A DNA stretch of 64,000 nt, taken from IMG/VR virus record IMGVR_UViG_3300008952_000015, positions 64,566 to 128,565 of that record. The stretch is one strand, 5' to 3'. Shown here piece by piece: positions 63,762-64,000 of this stretch; the first letter of the stretch is position 1; every line of letters starts with the position of its first letter. A program made the position numbers and the translations under genes. Origin of the DNA: a virus. The notes under the pieces are model-generated. The model did no database searches and was not told the DNA's origin. It was given only the letters and a program-made list of their open reading frames with translations.

Positions 63762-64000
63762 ATGCTTAGGCCGGATATCAAAAAGATGTTTGTCGAGTTG
63801 AATGAAATGCACTTCAACGGAGAGATTCCTGACATTCCGGTGGTGTGGAATGGTCGGATGACTACCACGGCGGGGTATTGCCGATACAGGAAAAGCAGGA
63901 TTCATGGCGTGTGGCCCGAGCGGACCATGACCCTTGTTCCGGTGAAGATTGACCTTTCCGATAAACTTTTCAGAAACCTCGATTACGACTTGGCGAAGGT
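63762..64000 (+). CDS. SprT-like metalloprotease, N-terminal part (truncated)
   Basis: F.ELNEMHFNG.IP..PVVWNGRMTTTAG; promoter motif at 63718 and AAGGAG RBS. Confidence 0.7.
   Translation, partial: MLRPDIKKMFVELNEMHFNGEIPDIPVVWNGRMTTTAGYCRYRKSRIHGVWPERTMTLVPVKIDLSDKLFRNLDYDLAK

Noticed and set aside
1-64000. Stop-codon reassignment, as in some jumbo phages
   Set aside because: Known enzymes are full length in code 11, coding density is high, and TAA, TAG and TGA all end genes
1-64000. Cellular (bacterial) chromosome origin
   Set aside because: Housekeeping genes are isolated among many short orphan ORFs with no bacterial operon context and phage-type repeated promoters; however, no capsid or terminase gene lies in this window, so phage identity is inferred

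Overview
A 64-kb, AT-rich, gene-dense segment of a large (jumbo-type) bacteriophage genome that reads in the standard bacterial code. The first ~45 kb is almost entirely minus-strand. It carries host-like metabolic and translation genes (PurA, GroEL, type II glutamine synthetase, TilS, CYTH, RpoH-like sigma factor, deaminase, desaturase), DNA enzymes (5'-3' exonuclease, ATP-dependent ligase, thermonuclease), tmRNA and tRNAs. After a repeat-rich non-coding block at ~43.7-44.2 kb the genome becomes a mosaic of small, individually promoted genes on both strands. Less obvious structure: (1) about 12 otherwise unrelated proteins share a ~28-aa helical tag (IKELIKLANELDxKGLxKEADxLD), usually followed by K-x-A and preceded by a CTA(A/T)TA promoter-like element, suggesting a virion-cargo addressing and processing system; (2) about 27 copies of an extended promoter motif TTTCT(T/A)CA(T/C)C(G/A)GTTATAT; (3) 26 copies of a 15-bp motif GTAAA(A/T/C)CT(A/T)TTGCCC found only after 45.3 kb, with three paralogous putative DNA-binding genes in the same region; (4) a ~700-nt ORF-free, highly structured RNA gene with its own promoter and terminator, plus several smaller structured-RNA candidates. 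All calls come from reading the sequence by eye; no database searches were run, and motif counts may miss degenerate copies.
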